Below are positions 8,851 to 18,085 of a stretch of DNA of 63,882 nt, piece by piece. The stretch lies in the IMG/VR virus record IMGVR_UViG_3300033412_000012, positions 1 to 63,882 of that record, one strand, 5' to 3'. Source of the DNA: a virus (lineage: Duplodnaviria; Caudoviricetes). Each line of letters starts with the position of its first letter. Positions within the stretch are counted from its first letter, which is position 1. The notes below the pieces were generated by a model. It saw only the letters and a program-made list of their open reading frames with translations. It was not told the origin of the DNA and made no database searches. The position numbers and the translations under genes were made by a program.

Positions 8851-9165
8851 TTACTTTGTCCTCCAGATTCGGACGACTTCACGGCCGTCCTCAGTTTGCT
8901 TGCGTTGCATGAACTCGCGGTCGTCGGTGACGCCGCGCAACGCGTTCGACAAACGCACGGCCGCGCGCCCGGTATCGGGATCGACCGGCACCGTGGTTGA
9001 TTGCCCGACCGCCATCTTGAGCAGCGCCTCGCGCAGCTGAACCGACGCGCCGACGCGTTTGCCGATGGCCGGGGCCGGCACGGCATCATCGATCTTGAAC
9101 TCGGACGTCTTGGTGAGCGGTCGCAGCGCTTGCGCGCTCGGGGTTTTCCTGCCTGCCATGAACAT
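8851..9165 (-). CDS. small putative DNA-binding phage protein
   Basis: FKIDDAVPAP...MAVGQS...VRIWRTK pattern; AGGAG RBS. Confidence 0.65.
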   Translation of the reverse strand: MFMAGRKTPSAQALRPLTKTSEFKIDDAVPAPAIGKRVGASVQLREALLKMAVGQSTTVPVDPDTGRAAVRLSNALRGVTDDREFMQRKQTEDGREVVRIWRTK

Positions 9166-9176
9166 AACTCCTATAG

Positions 9177-9563
9177 TCATTTGCCGTCTCCACGGCGCAA
9201 TGAACGCATGCCGACTCGCGACAGCACCATCCGTTGCAGTTGCTCCACCAAGTCTTGAAAGGCACAAAAGTCGGCTTCGGCGGCCGATCCCGGCTCGAAC
9301 GTGCTGCCTCCAAGCAGAAGATGGAACTCGTCGGAGCAAGTACCGAGCAACTCCACTAAGCGACGCTCCTCAGGCGACAGCAAGACGTGGCGCAATTCCT
9401 GCCGAACGGCCCGCCGCAAATCGTCGCCGACCAGACCGATCGCTCGCTGAATGACTTCGGAAGTCAAGTCGCGAGTCGGGCGCCCACTCGTGTTGAACAA
9501 GTCAACGGCCTGAGAACACAAGGCGTCAAGCAACTTGCTAGTTTGGTCTGACAAAATTTTCAT
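9177..9563 (-). CDS. hypothetical protein
   Basis: AGGAG RBS; 128 aa. Confidence 0.65.
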   Translation of the reverse strand: MKILSDQTSKLLDALCSQAVDLFNTSGRPTRDLTSEVIQRAIGLVGDDLRRAVRQELRHVLLSPEERRLVELLGTCSDEFHLLLGGSTFEPGSAAEADFCAFQDLVEQLQRMVLSRVGMRSLRRGDGK

Positions 9564-9623
9564 AGTGACTCCTGAACTGTTGGTCCTCTTATGTACTGAC
9601 CAACGCTCCGGGGCTCAGTTCCA

Positions 9624-10319
9624 CTACTTGCGCGGAAATAGGGCTTGGTTGACTTGGCCGGAGTATTGAGCGCCCAAATGCTGGTAAGCCGCCTCAGCTC
9701 CCAGTTGCAAAGCGGCCGCAAACCACGCTTGCAGCTTGCGTTCGTAGTCCCGGTAGAAGCGGTCACTGTCCTGCGCCGCAAGCAGCGCCCGGCTCCAGAC
9801 GGCCGGATCGGGCACGAACGCGGTCGCAGCCGGCCAACCCAGCGGCGGCGAAGTCTGCACGTCGTCCGCGATGGTCGGCCCTCCGGGCGAGACCATGCCA
9901 CGCGCGAGGCCGGCAATGGTAGACAGCAGCAAGGCGTGTTCGGATTTGGGATCACTGGCGTAAGCCGAAGTCGCCAGGAAAGCGATGCGACGGGCCAGCG
10001 CGTCGCGTTTGCCTTCCTCGATGGCAGCCTCCTCGGCGGCGTGCTCCCAAGCCGCGTCCTGGCTGTCATAGATCGCTGGCGACTGACGCGAACCCTTGCA
10101 CCAGACCCAGCGGTTGAACGACCCGAACGGCACGACCGCATAGCCGCGCGTGCCTGCGTAGGCAGCCGTGGCCGATTCACGACTCACGGCACTGGCCGCG
10201 CCATGAAAGTAGCGTTGCAACTGCTCGTGCGTGAACTCGACGCGTCCGGTCGACACTGACGACACAGTGGCCCCGACTTGCTGGGCCAGACGCAAAACGC
10301 TATCGGAAGGGATATCCAC
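9624..10319 (-). CDS. hypothetical protein
   Basis: GTG start with AAGGAG RBS; 231 aa. Confidence 0.65.
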   Translation of the reverse strand: MDIPSDSVLRLAQQVGATVSSVSTGRVEFTHEQLQRYFHGAASAVSRESATAAYAGTRGYAVVPFGSFNRWVWCKGSRQSPAIYDSQDAAWEHAAEEAAIEEGKRDALARRIAFLATSAYASDPKSEHALLLSTIAGLARGMVSPGGPTIADDVQTSPPLGWPAATAFVPDPAVWSRALLAAQDSDRFYRDYERKLQAWFAAALQLGAEAAYQHLGAQYSGQVNQALFPRK

Positions 10320-10379
10320 ACGGGGCTCCTTGGTTCGTTGTACTCGGACACGAACGACGAGACCCGCGCTCGCAAAACT

Positions 10380-12746
10380 TTAGGAAAGGTGGCGGATGGT
10401 GGCGTCGATATCGGCGTGAACGGCGTCCGTAATCTTGTTCGAGGCCGGATCGAACGAGCCCGAGTTACCAATAGCCGACTTGACCTGCGCTGGACTGAAT
10501 GCAGTCCACGAGTCGCCAACTCCTTCCCATTTGCCATCAGTTGGCGACACGCCATCGTATCCTAACTCTTTCAAATGTGCAGTTAACCGTCTGCCAATAC
10601 TCTTCTCCACCTCGGCCCAGCTTTCCCCGGACGCGATAAGATCGTTGACCAGTTGCATCTTGATCTTCATGGCATCGTCAAAACCAATCGGGTTAACGAT
10701 CCGCATGTACATCGGCATCACGTTCCCTCCGTCGTGGACGCGGACGTTTCCGACTACGGTATGAGTGTAATTGTTGGCAATCTCCTTGTTGGACGTCGCG
10801 TAGATGCCAATGCCGACCGTACCGTGATCAAACGTCCCGAAGCGTCCGGAGTCAAACGTCGAGAAGTCCTTCTTGGTGCCGTGGTAGACAATTAGAGGCT
10901 TGCCATTGGAGTCCACGACCTTGGACTTGTCGAACCAGCGTTTGAATTCAGGCGTGTCGGTTTGATTAGCCTCACGGAGACGGCGAAATTTCAACGAAAC
11001 CACTCCAGAGACTTCCCGCTCGATCTGAGCGTAGACCTCTCGAGCGGCTTCCACAATGTCGTCAGAGTCCGGGTCGTACTTACCCGAGTTGCCGATCGCC
11101 GACTTAATCTGGGTCGAGTTGAACACCACGTATATCGGGTGGGCGATGGCTCCCTTGGTGCCGGGCTCGACTACCTTGTAGCTGCCGTCTTTCATGCGCT
11201 TGACATACTCGGTGCTGATTACACCGTCGTAACCAGCGCGCTCAACGGCGGTAAGAGCGTCCTTGCTCATGCCACCATATTCGCGGCTCTGGCCGAATTG
11301 TCCAGGATCTCGATTGCCGTACTTGGCCTTCGCATCGGCGATGTTATCAATAACGAGCGGATTCTGTATGCTGAGGTAAACTGGCATGATGTTGATGCGC
11401 TTCGGGTTTCCTTTCCAGTCCTGATCGGCCTGGAAATTTTTCCCGTAGTCGGCGTAGATGTTGACTCCCTCCACGTCAGTGAAGTAGAACCCGTAACCAG
11501 CCATGCCCTTGCGCTGCTGGCTCTTATCGAACACGCCGAAGTCACCATAGACGGTGACGTGGTAGACTCGTTCCGGGTTGCCCGAAGAATCCACTACCTG
11601 GGAATTCTTGAACCACGACTTGAACTCAGCCGAATCCGTCGGTGCCGCCTCCTCCACGCTATCGATAAGGCTGGAGCTGGTCGGGTCAAAGTTGCCCGAG
11701 TTGCCAGTAGCGCTTTTAATCTGATTGGGACGGAACGCCACATATTCGGTCGGATTGCCCGCCTTGCCGCGCACGATGATGCCGTCATAACCCTGAGCGA
11801 CGAGGTCATCCTGGATCTTCTGCGCTGCGTCGTGATCGCGCGGAATGCCTTCGAATGCGTCGTAATTGTCGACCTCGAGCGGGTTTTGCAACGACAGGTA
11901 AACCGCGTAGACTACCGGCTCGCCGCCATGATCGCTGTGAGCCACTTCGGCATAACCGCTGGCCCATTCAGGGTCGTCCATGAAGTAGAAACCTTTGCCA
12001 GCAAAGCCGAAATCGCTGGCCTTGCCGAGCGTGCCGGGGTCGAACTCGGCGAAGTCGGCGTTGGAGCCGTGGTAGACGCGCAAGGGATTGCCCTCGGCGT
12101 CAACCACTTTTGACTGCTTGAACCAGCGTTGGAACTCAGGCGTACTAGTCTGGCTCTCAGCTTCGGCCAGCGATTCTTTCGACACAATACGGATCTGGGA
12201 CGGCTCGAACACAATATACGATTCGGACTCGCCAGATACTATCATGCCGCCCACGGCACGCGATCCGACCCTGGCCCGATAGATGACTCCGTCAAATCCA
12301 GCAGCACGGATCAGCTTTTCGGCGCGCTGCGGACTGGTCGAGTCGATCGCGTTTTGCATATAACAACAGGGCGTCCCATACTCATCCTTGCTGACGTACA
12401 GTTTGGCCCCGGCGAGCTTCTTGGCCAAGGCGAATTCGGGTGAGCCTTCACTCACAATCTCGTCAGCCTTAAGTGGGCGGTCCATGGTGAGCTGGACCGT
12501 GTACACCATCGGAGCCTTGCCCTTGCGTGCGACCTCGTCGTCGTGCGCATAACGGGCAGCGAACTCACGGTCGGCCGAGAAGTGAATGCCAAATCCCAAC
12601 TGCTCGCCCTTGCGGTAATGGGATTTGAAGTCGTCGAAGCCGCCGTTGCGGGTGCCGTGATAGGCGATCAAGACGGCCTCGATTACGACTTGAGCGGTTT
12701 CGAAGCGTCGGCGGCGGAAGCGGAGAGTCATGATCGGAGCAGTCAA
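10380..12746 (-). CDS. polyvalent-type protein with four tandem ADP-ribosyltransferase-like (ART-PolyVal) domains
   Basis: Four copies of YH[GV][TS]...GxG[FI][YH][FA]...A..Y...[VP]YL...NP...GYDG[IV]...Y[VI][AV]F...QIKS; three are preceded by FxxWFxxSxVVDxxGxP. Confidence 0.8.
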   Translation of the reverse strand: MTAPIMTLRFRRRRFETAQVVIEAVLIAYHGTRNGGFDDFKSHYRKGEQLGFGIHFSADREFAARYAHDDEVARKGKAPMVYTVQLTMDRPLKADEIVSEGSPEFALAKKLAGAKLYVSKDEYGTPCCYMQNAIDSTSPQRAEKLIRAAGFDGVIYRARVGSRAVGGMIVSGESESYIVFEPSQIRIVSKESLAEAESQTSTPEFQRWFKQSKVVDAEGNPLRVYHGSNADFAEFDPGTLGKASDFGFAGKGFYFMDDPEWASGYAEVAHSDHGGEPVVYAVYLSLQNPLEVDNYDAFEGIPRDHDAAQKIQDDLVAQGYDGIIVRGKAGNPTEYVAFRPNQIKSATGNSGNFDPTSSSLIDSVEEAAPTDSAEFKSWFKNSQVVDSSGNPERVYHVTVYGDFGVFDKSQQRKGMAGYGFYFTDVEGVNIYADYGKNFQADQDWKGNPKRINIMPVYLSIQNPLVIDNIADAKAKYGNRDPGQFGQSREYGGMSKDALTAVERAGYDGVISTEYVKRMKDGSYKVVEPGTKGAIAHPIYVVFNSTQIKSAIGNSGKYDPDSDDIVEAAREVYAQIEREVSGVVSLKFRRLREANQTDTPEFKRWFDKSKVVDSNGKPLIVYHGTKKDFSTFDSGRFGTFDHGTVGIGIYATSNKEIANNYTHTVVGNVRVHDGGNVMPMYMRIVNPIGFDDAMKIKMQLVNDLIASGESWAEVEKSIGRRLTAHLKELGYDGVSPTDGKWEGVGDSWTAFSPAQVKSAIGNSGSFDPASNKITDAVHADIDATIRHLS

Positions 12747-12769
12747 AAAGGCGCTCCGATACGGTTCAT

Positions 12770-13006
12770 TCAGTCGATTTCAACCGCGAGGCGCGGCGAG
12801 CCGAAACAGTTAAACGCCGTCATTTGGGCTTCGGTCTTGACCACGAACTCGGTGCGCCCGTCAGGCGTGGCCACCGGCTGACCGTCCGGCTCAAACATGC
12901 GAAACACGTCGCCCACACGTAAGCGCGCCAGCCCGGCCACCGAAACCCACTGGTAGTCGGAGTTCAACACTTCTATCGTTCGCTTCGGTTCATCCGGAGT
13001 GGTCAT
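12770..13006 (-). CDS. hypothetical protein
   Basis: 78 aa; LRVGDVFRMFEPDG; ATGA overlap. Confidence 0.65.
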   Translation of the reverse strand: MTTPDEPKRTIEVLNSDYQWVSVAGLARLRVGDVFRMFEPDGQPVATPDGRTEFVVKTEAQMTAFNCFGSPRLAVEID

Positions 13007-13590
13007 AACTTGAGTCCTAGGAGTTGAGTCGGATCAGGAGACGAGCGCTGCCAGTCGCCGTCGCACGCCACGAACATCACGTCATGCCGGCTCTCGGCAT
13101 CGAGTCGCAACAACTGCGCGCCGTCTTCGGCATAGATCGACAGCATATCGGTGATGTTGGGCGTCGGACCGTCCAACAGGGCCACGCCGCCTTGCCCGTC
13201 CGGACGCCCGATGGCGTACATGATACCGGGCGCGGACGGCTGGCGCACGACTGACTTGATGTTCTCGCGGCGCATCTGGCCCAGCACCGTGGCCGGCGTT
13301 GCATTGACGTGCGCCCCTTCCAAGCCGTTCAGCTGAATGTCCACTTTCTGCACGAACGATTGCAGCGTGCGCTCGGCGCGTAACGCCCGCGTGAGCAAAT
13401 ATGTTACCAAGTCCACCAAGTCGCCCTTGGAGTGGCGCTCGCCGACCAGCACGGTGGCCACGTTGTGGGGGCCGTGATCGCCGGTACGGAACGGGTGCGA
13501 TTGCTCGACTTGCTGCTGGGTCACGTACAACGCTTGGTCGCGCTCGAGCAAGTGGGCGCGGTGGTCAGGAATGTTATCGGAAGTCGTCAT
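13003..13590 (-). CDS. hypothetical protein
   Basis: Start MTTSD with GGAG RBS. Confidence 0.65.
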   Translation of the reverse strand: MTTSDNIPDHRAHLLERDQALYVTQQQVEQSHPFRTGDHGPHNVATVLVGERHSKGDLVDLVTYLLTRALRAERTLQSFVQKVDIQLNGLEGAHVNATPATVLGQMRRENIKSVVRQPSAPGIMYAIGRPDGQGGVALLDGPTPNITDMLSIYAEDGAQLLRLDAESRHDVMFVACDGDWQRSSPDPTQLLGLKL

Positions 13591-13787
13591 GATTCGATTG
13601 CTCCAATCGGGAGTAAGACGGGCGGTATCCAACGTACCCCACGTATCAGAGCAGAGGGACACTAGTACAGTCAAGACGATGTTGGACCCGAGCCTCTCCG
13701 AGGCGTTCCCGGGATGGCCCCGCTGCTAGGGTAGCTCAGCCCACTCGACAGCGGCACGGAGGGCCATCCGGAGCAGTCGACGCAGTA

Positions 13788-14066
13788 TCAGACGGGTGGC
13801 CGGTAGCCGGCGTCGAGCAGCTGGTCCGTGGCATGTGTCCAGCCGCACATGTACCAGCGATAGTCGCGCGCGTTGACTTCGCCTCGGCAGTGCATGCAGC
13901 GGTAACGAGCCCGATGCGCGGGCAGCCCACCGACTGGTACGAACCCATGGTTGGAGCACGACGCCAGCCGCGCTTGGTTGACGCGTGCCTCCTCCCACAG
14001 CCGTTGCACGTCGTCTTTCGTCAAACCCGACAAGTTCGCCATCGTCGCGATTCCATCAGCCGGCAT
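13788..14066 (-). CDS. small zinc-binding hypothetical protein
   Basis: CSNH...YRCMHC motif. Confidence 0.6.
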   Translation of the reverse strand: MPADGIATMANLSGLTKDDVQRLWEEARVNQARLASCSNHGFVPVGGLPAHRARYRCMHCRGEVNARDYRWYMCGWTHATDQLLDAGYRPPV

Positions 14067-14454
14067 AAGTCAGGATCTCCCGGTATTGCAAGTCGGTCAA
14101 GCCGAGCCCCGGGATCGAGATCGCAATCGACAACTCGACCGAGTTGGAGTCTGGATTGACGATCAAGCCCGAATTGGAAAAGTCGATAGCGACGCGTGGC
14201 TCTTGCGTTTCCAAAGCGATCAGCTTGGCGTGAAACGCTCCCGCCATATCGGTTTCATCCATTTGGGCCAGCTCGAACAGCATGTCGTCGATCCCGAGCC
14301 CGACCGTCGGATCGAACAGCCACTCGCCCGGCCGGCTGTGGAGCAGGAAGTATACCGCCTGCATGACATCGTCGCCGTCTTGGACGGTCGGCCAGCTCGC
14401 ACTCGAGCGGTACACGGCATTGACATCGGAGAAAACGTAAGTGAGCGAAGACAT
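14056..14454 (-). CDS. baseplate wedge subunit, gp25/GPW-like
   Basis: RPGEWLFDPTVG...LFE...EPRV signature. Confidence 0.85.
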   Translation of the reverse strand: MSSLTYVFSDVNAVYRSSASWPTVQDGDDVMQAVYFLLHSRPGEWLFDPTVGLGIDDMLFELAQMDETDMAGAFHAKLIALETQEPRVAIDFSNSGLIVNPDSNSVELSIAISIPGLGLTDLQYREILTYAG

Positions 14455-14495
14455 GGAGCAGCACCGAAGTCGAGTAAGCGAACGGTTCGAGCGCG

Positions 14496-14795
14496 TCAGT
14501 AGAAATCCGACACGAAACTGCCTTCGACGATGTGGCCGTCGATGTCGCCACGCACGCGGTCACCGATTTCGGCCACCGGAATCGCATCGTCGAACACCAC
14601 CGAGCTAGCTGTCACGACAACACCCGTGTGGCCGCAACGGCCGACCGCCAAGTCGCCTAACCGCACTTCCGACAAGCCGTCGGACGAGCACACGGCCGAG
14701 CCCTGCACGAGCCAGCCGGTCATGGCAATCGGACCGCCATCGTGAGCGAAGCAGCGGCCCATCCAGGCGTCGCCGAGACGAGCTTGGCGAGGCAT
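14496..14795 (-). CDS. PAAR-like spike tip protein
   Basis: Three ARLGD/VRLGD/PVAEIGD repeats with Cys/His. Confidence 0.85.
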   Translation of the reverse strand: MPRQARLGDAWMGRCFAHDGGPIAMTGWLVQGSAVCSSDGLSEVRLGDLAVGRCGHTGVVVTASSVVFDDAIPVAEIGDRVRGDIDGHIVEGSFVSDFY

Positions 14796-15466
14796 CAGGG
14801 CACCCAGGCCGAGACTGAGGAGTTGAACGACGAAATGCTGCCGGACAGCCCGAGCGAGTTGCCGACGTGCACGGAAATGGCCGAGACGTTGGCGGAAGTC
14901 ATGCGCGGCATGTCGCCTTGCGCGTCCGCGATTGAGTTGACGGCATCGCGCGCCTGCGCCACCGCCGGGGCGAACTGGTCGACTGCCGAGCCAATCACGT
15001 TGATGCCGTTAAGCACCAGACACGGGCTGCGCATCAGTCCGATGGCGCACCCGATGGCGGCCACGGCATTATCGAACGCAGACACTAGCGCAGCGGCGGC
15101 CGACAGCGCGGTGGCTAAATCGGCCGCCACGGTCTGAATCGCGGCCAGGATTTGCTCCACCGTTGAGCTGGCTTGTGCCTGCAACACCAACGGCTGCAGC
15201 ATCGATCCGGATTGCATGGCCTGAATGAAAGCCAGCAGGTTTTGCAATGCCACGCAGGGCTGCCCGTTGGTCAGCGCCTCGAGCGACACCGTGGCGGTCG
15301 AGCGCAGTGCGTCGCCCAGCGCGGCCACGTTGGTCTGCACGCCGCCCGCGATCTGGGACGACAGCGAATCGAGTGCGGACTGGGCGGAGGAGTAGCCGGT
15401 CGGATCGCTTGTCTGGTAAGCGTTGACCGACAGCTGAATCAAAGCGATTTGGTCCGTATAGCTCAT
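14795..15466 (-). CDS. Ala/Ser-rich baseplate-region protein
   Basis: 223 aa; lies between spike and PAAR genes. Confidence 0.65.
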   Translation of the reverse strand: MSYTDQIALIQLSVNAYQTSDPTGYSSAQSALDSLSSQIAGGVQTNVAALGDALRSTATVSLEALTNGQPCVALQNLLAFIQAMQSGSMLQPLVLQAQASSTVEQILAAIQTVAADLATALSAAAALVSAFDNAVAAIGCAIGLMRSPCLVLNGINVIGSAVDQFAPAVAQARDAVNSIADAQGDMPRMTSANVSAISVHVGNSLGLSGSISSFNSSVSAWVP

Positions 15467-15822
15467 GACATCCGGTTGCCGTTGCTGATGCGCCCGGCCA
15501 GCGTGCCGGGCGGCTGGTTGTTCGGATAGCCGCGCGCGATCAAGTAGTCGTGCGCTTGCTGTGCCGCAATGGAACCCACGGCGCCGCCGACCACGCTGCC
15601 GACGGCCGCCCCCTCGACGATGCTGGTCGGGCCGGGTTCCTGGCGACGGAACGTCAAGTAAGACAGCACGAACACGATCCAGCCCAGCACAGGCACGGCA
15701 CCCGGCCCGCGCGTGGCCAGCCGCTGCAAGTACAAGGCAGTCAGCACGGCCAGCACCAAGCGCACGACGGCGGACCCGATCAGGAGCGCCACGAAACCGT
15801 ATAACAGATAGTAGACAATCAT
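15463..15822 (-). CDS. small membrane protein (moron)
   Basis: Two hydrophobic segments plus a Gly-zipper; GGGAG RBS; tandem TTGACA upstream. Confidence 0.6.
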   Translation of the reverse strand: MIVYYLLYGFVALLIGSAVVRLVLAVLTALYLQRLATRGPGAVPVLGWIVFVLSYLTFRRQEPGPTSIVEGAAVGSVVGGAVGSIAAQQAHDYLIARGYPNNQPPGTLAGRISNGNRMS

Positions 15823-15888
15823 TGCAGTACTCCCAGTTAGATTGCTACCTGTCAAGCGTGTCAACCACGCCAGCCACTACTTGCCGGC

Positions 15889-16608
15889 TCAGGCGGGGCC
15901 TTGATTGTTGATCACGGGGGCCGTATTGCTGATTTCGGTGCCGGCTTGGTTGGAAAGAGTTCCGGACACGGACGTGGTCAGGTCGCCCTGCACCGTGACG
16001 GTCTTGGTCTGGCAAGTTTCGACAATCGTGCCCTGGACGGTCCGCGTGACGTTGCCCTGGACCGTCTCGGTAAGGTTGCCGGGATAAGTGACGGTCACGT
16101 CACCGGCGTCATCAACAGTAACGTGGAACCCGGAGTGATGGTGAATGTCCCATATACCCGTCTGCTTGTTGATCCGGAACCAGTCAGCACGATTGTTTTT
16201 CCAGCCATATGAGTGGGGGTAGTCCTGCAGCAATTCGGCCGGCATCGCCTGTTGCGTCGTCGCCGTCGCCGTGTATTGCCCCTCGGCCGGGTTGTTATTC
16301 CTGAACCGCACGCTGACCACTGTGCCAACTTCTGGCACGTCCAGGCTGGCGACGCCGGCCGGCCGGGCCGGCGCGATCCAGGGTAGCCCAGTCTGACCGG
16401 CTGCCGCCGGCTGCTTGGCCACGCGTGTGTATTTGCCAACACGCGCACCGGCTGAGACCACCGTCAACTGATCGGTCATGACGCCCGGGATTGCCACGCG
16501 AATCCGCCCCAACTGACGCGGGTCGGCGTTGTCGACGACCGTCGCCAGAACATCGCCGGCCAGCAGCGGTCGGGTCTGCTGGACCAGATCCTGAAAGTTG
16601 AGCATCAC
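15889..16608 (-). CDS. baseplate central spike (gp5/gpV-like OB fold plus beta-helix)
   Basis: ATVVDNADPRQLGRIRV...VPEVGTVVSV; C-terminal TVQGN repeats; HHSG. Confidence 0.85.
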   Translation of the reverse strand: MMLNFQDLVQQTRPLLAGDVLATVVDNADPRQLGRIRVAIPGVMTDQLTVVSAGARVGKYTRVAKQPAAAGQTGLPWIAPARPAGVASLDVPEVGTVVSVRFRNNNPAEGQYTATATTQQAMPAELLQDYPHSYGWKNNRADWFRINKQTGIWDIHHHSGFHVTVDDAGDVTVTYPGNLTETVQGNVTRTVQGTIVETCQTKTVTVQGDLTTSVSGTLSNQAGTEISNTAPVINNQGPA

Positions 16609-16619
16609 GGATCTCCTGA

Positions 16620-17738
16620 TCAGGAATAGGTGACGTTCTCGCGCGACAGCACGAAGAAACGCTCGGTCAGGGTGGCCGTATAAACGCGGCGCACTTCGGT
16701 CACGCAGTAGTTGCCGATGTTGGGGTTGGCAGCCGGCGTGAACGACCGGTCGAAATACGAGACATAATCGAGCAGCCGCACGTCGACGCTGGCCTCGAGC
16801 GTCGACACTTCCACCGAATAGCGCTGCAAGCTGAGCAGCTTCTGGACGTTGGAGTAGTAAGCCGCGTGATAACCCGCGTAGTGGTTGTCCGGATCGAATG
16901 CCGCTTGGAACCCGACCGATTCAGCCGACGTGTCCAGCGCCGCGCGCGTCATCGTGTTGGTGACGGCCGACTGCTGAGTCGTGAATTGTCCAGTGACGGG
17001 ATCGAAGCCCGATAGCGAAGCACTCGTGCCCAGCGTCGAACTGACCGATGAAAACTTGCGGCCCGTGTTTTTGACCAACAACGTAGGCACCGAACCCGCC
17101 GAGGGTGCGGCGCCCGGCCGCCCGGTCGGGTCGTTGACCGTGGTCAGCAGAGCGCGCGCGGCGGCGTTCGGCGCGGGCGTCTCAGTCAAGCGCAGCTCGC
17201 CGAACCAGTTGATTCCGACCAGCAACGCCGCATCGGTGCGCGTCAGCTTCGAATGCAACCACACGTCCATCAGCAGGCTGCGGTCACTGCGGCCGGCTTG
17301 CACCCAAGCTTGAGCGTCCTGCGTGCCAGTGACTTCGTCCAACGCGTTCAGCGCTTGCAACGACGGCAAGGCAGCAATCACATGATGCGACGCCCCCTGC
17401 CAGATGGCATCGCGCTGCGTGGTGACGAACTGCGGCAAGTCCAACACGCCGTTGATGACGATCGATTCGGCGTCCATCGGGTCGTGCAGATACTCGACCG
17501 CGTACCCCGTGGCGGACAATGCCGGATTGCCTGCTTCGATCACGTTCAAGCCGATCGGAACGCGGTCGTACAGCAAACGCAGCAAATCGCGATCCGGACG
17601 ACTGAGTTTCACTTGAAAAGCGGGCAGGGTGCCATCGGCCCGCTCTTTGAGAATCAGGTATGGCATCGACGTCGACTCGACGCGAAACACGGCACCGGTC
17701 GGACTCGTCAGCAGCAAGTATTTGGAGGAGAAGGACAC
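16620..17738 (-). CDS. putative baseplate hub protein (gp27/GpD-like)
   Basis: Size, position before the spike, and GNYCVTEVRR C-terminal motif. Confidence 0.6.
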   Translation of the reverse strand: MSFSSKYLLLTSPTGAVFRVESTSMPYLILKERADGTLPAFQVKLSRPDRDLLRLLYDRVPIGLNVIEAGNPALSATGYAVEYLHDPMDAESIVINGVLDLPQFVTTQRDAIWQGASHHVIAALPSLQALNALDEVTGTQDAQAWVQAGRSDRSLLMDVWLHSKLTRTDAALLVGINWFGELRLTETPAPNAAARALLTTVNDPTGRPGAAPSAGSVPTLLVKNTGRKFSSVSSTLGTSASLSGFDPVTGQFTTQQSAVTNTMTRAALDTSAESVGFQAAFDPDNHYAGYHAAYYSNVQKLLSLQRYSVEVSTLEASVDVRLLDYVSYFDRSFTPAANPNIGNYCVTEVRRVYTATLTERFFVLSRENVTYS

Positions 17739-17739
17739 G

Positions 17740-18081
17740 TCAGGCCGCCGGCAAGAAAGCTTGATAAGTGGCGTTCTGCGCGACCAAGTACAGCAAGTCA
17801 TCCAGCCCGAACAGATTCAACGTCGATGGCAGCACGCGCGGATTAGACACGCCATTGTACAGCAGCAGCAGGAACCAGTAGCGCACGTTGCCGTAAGCCT
17901 TGAAAGCTACGTTGTCGATCCGGTCGAATGACGCGATGCCGATGCGAGCGCGCACGGGCAGCGCCAGAAACGCGTCTTCGAAACCCGAAGTCAGCACATC
18001 TGGCCCTTCCGACGTGTTGGCATAGAACGACGCGAAAGTGTAGTTCTCGTCGTTGACGACCGGCAGCACAGTCAAGTCCAT
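17740..18081 (-). CDS. baseplate wedge protein, gp53/LysM-like
   Basis: DRIDNVAFKAYGNVRYWFLLLLYNGVSNP motif. Confidence 0.8.
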   Translation of the reverse strand: MDLTVLPVVNDENYTFASFYANTSEGPDVLTSGFEDAFLALPVRARIGIASFDRIDNVAFKAYGNVRYWFLLLLYNGVSNPRVLPSTLNLFGLDDLLYLVAQNATYQAFLPAA

Positions 18082-18085
18082 CGCG

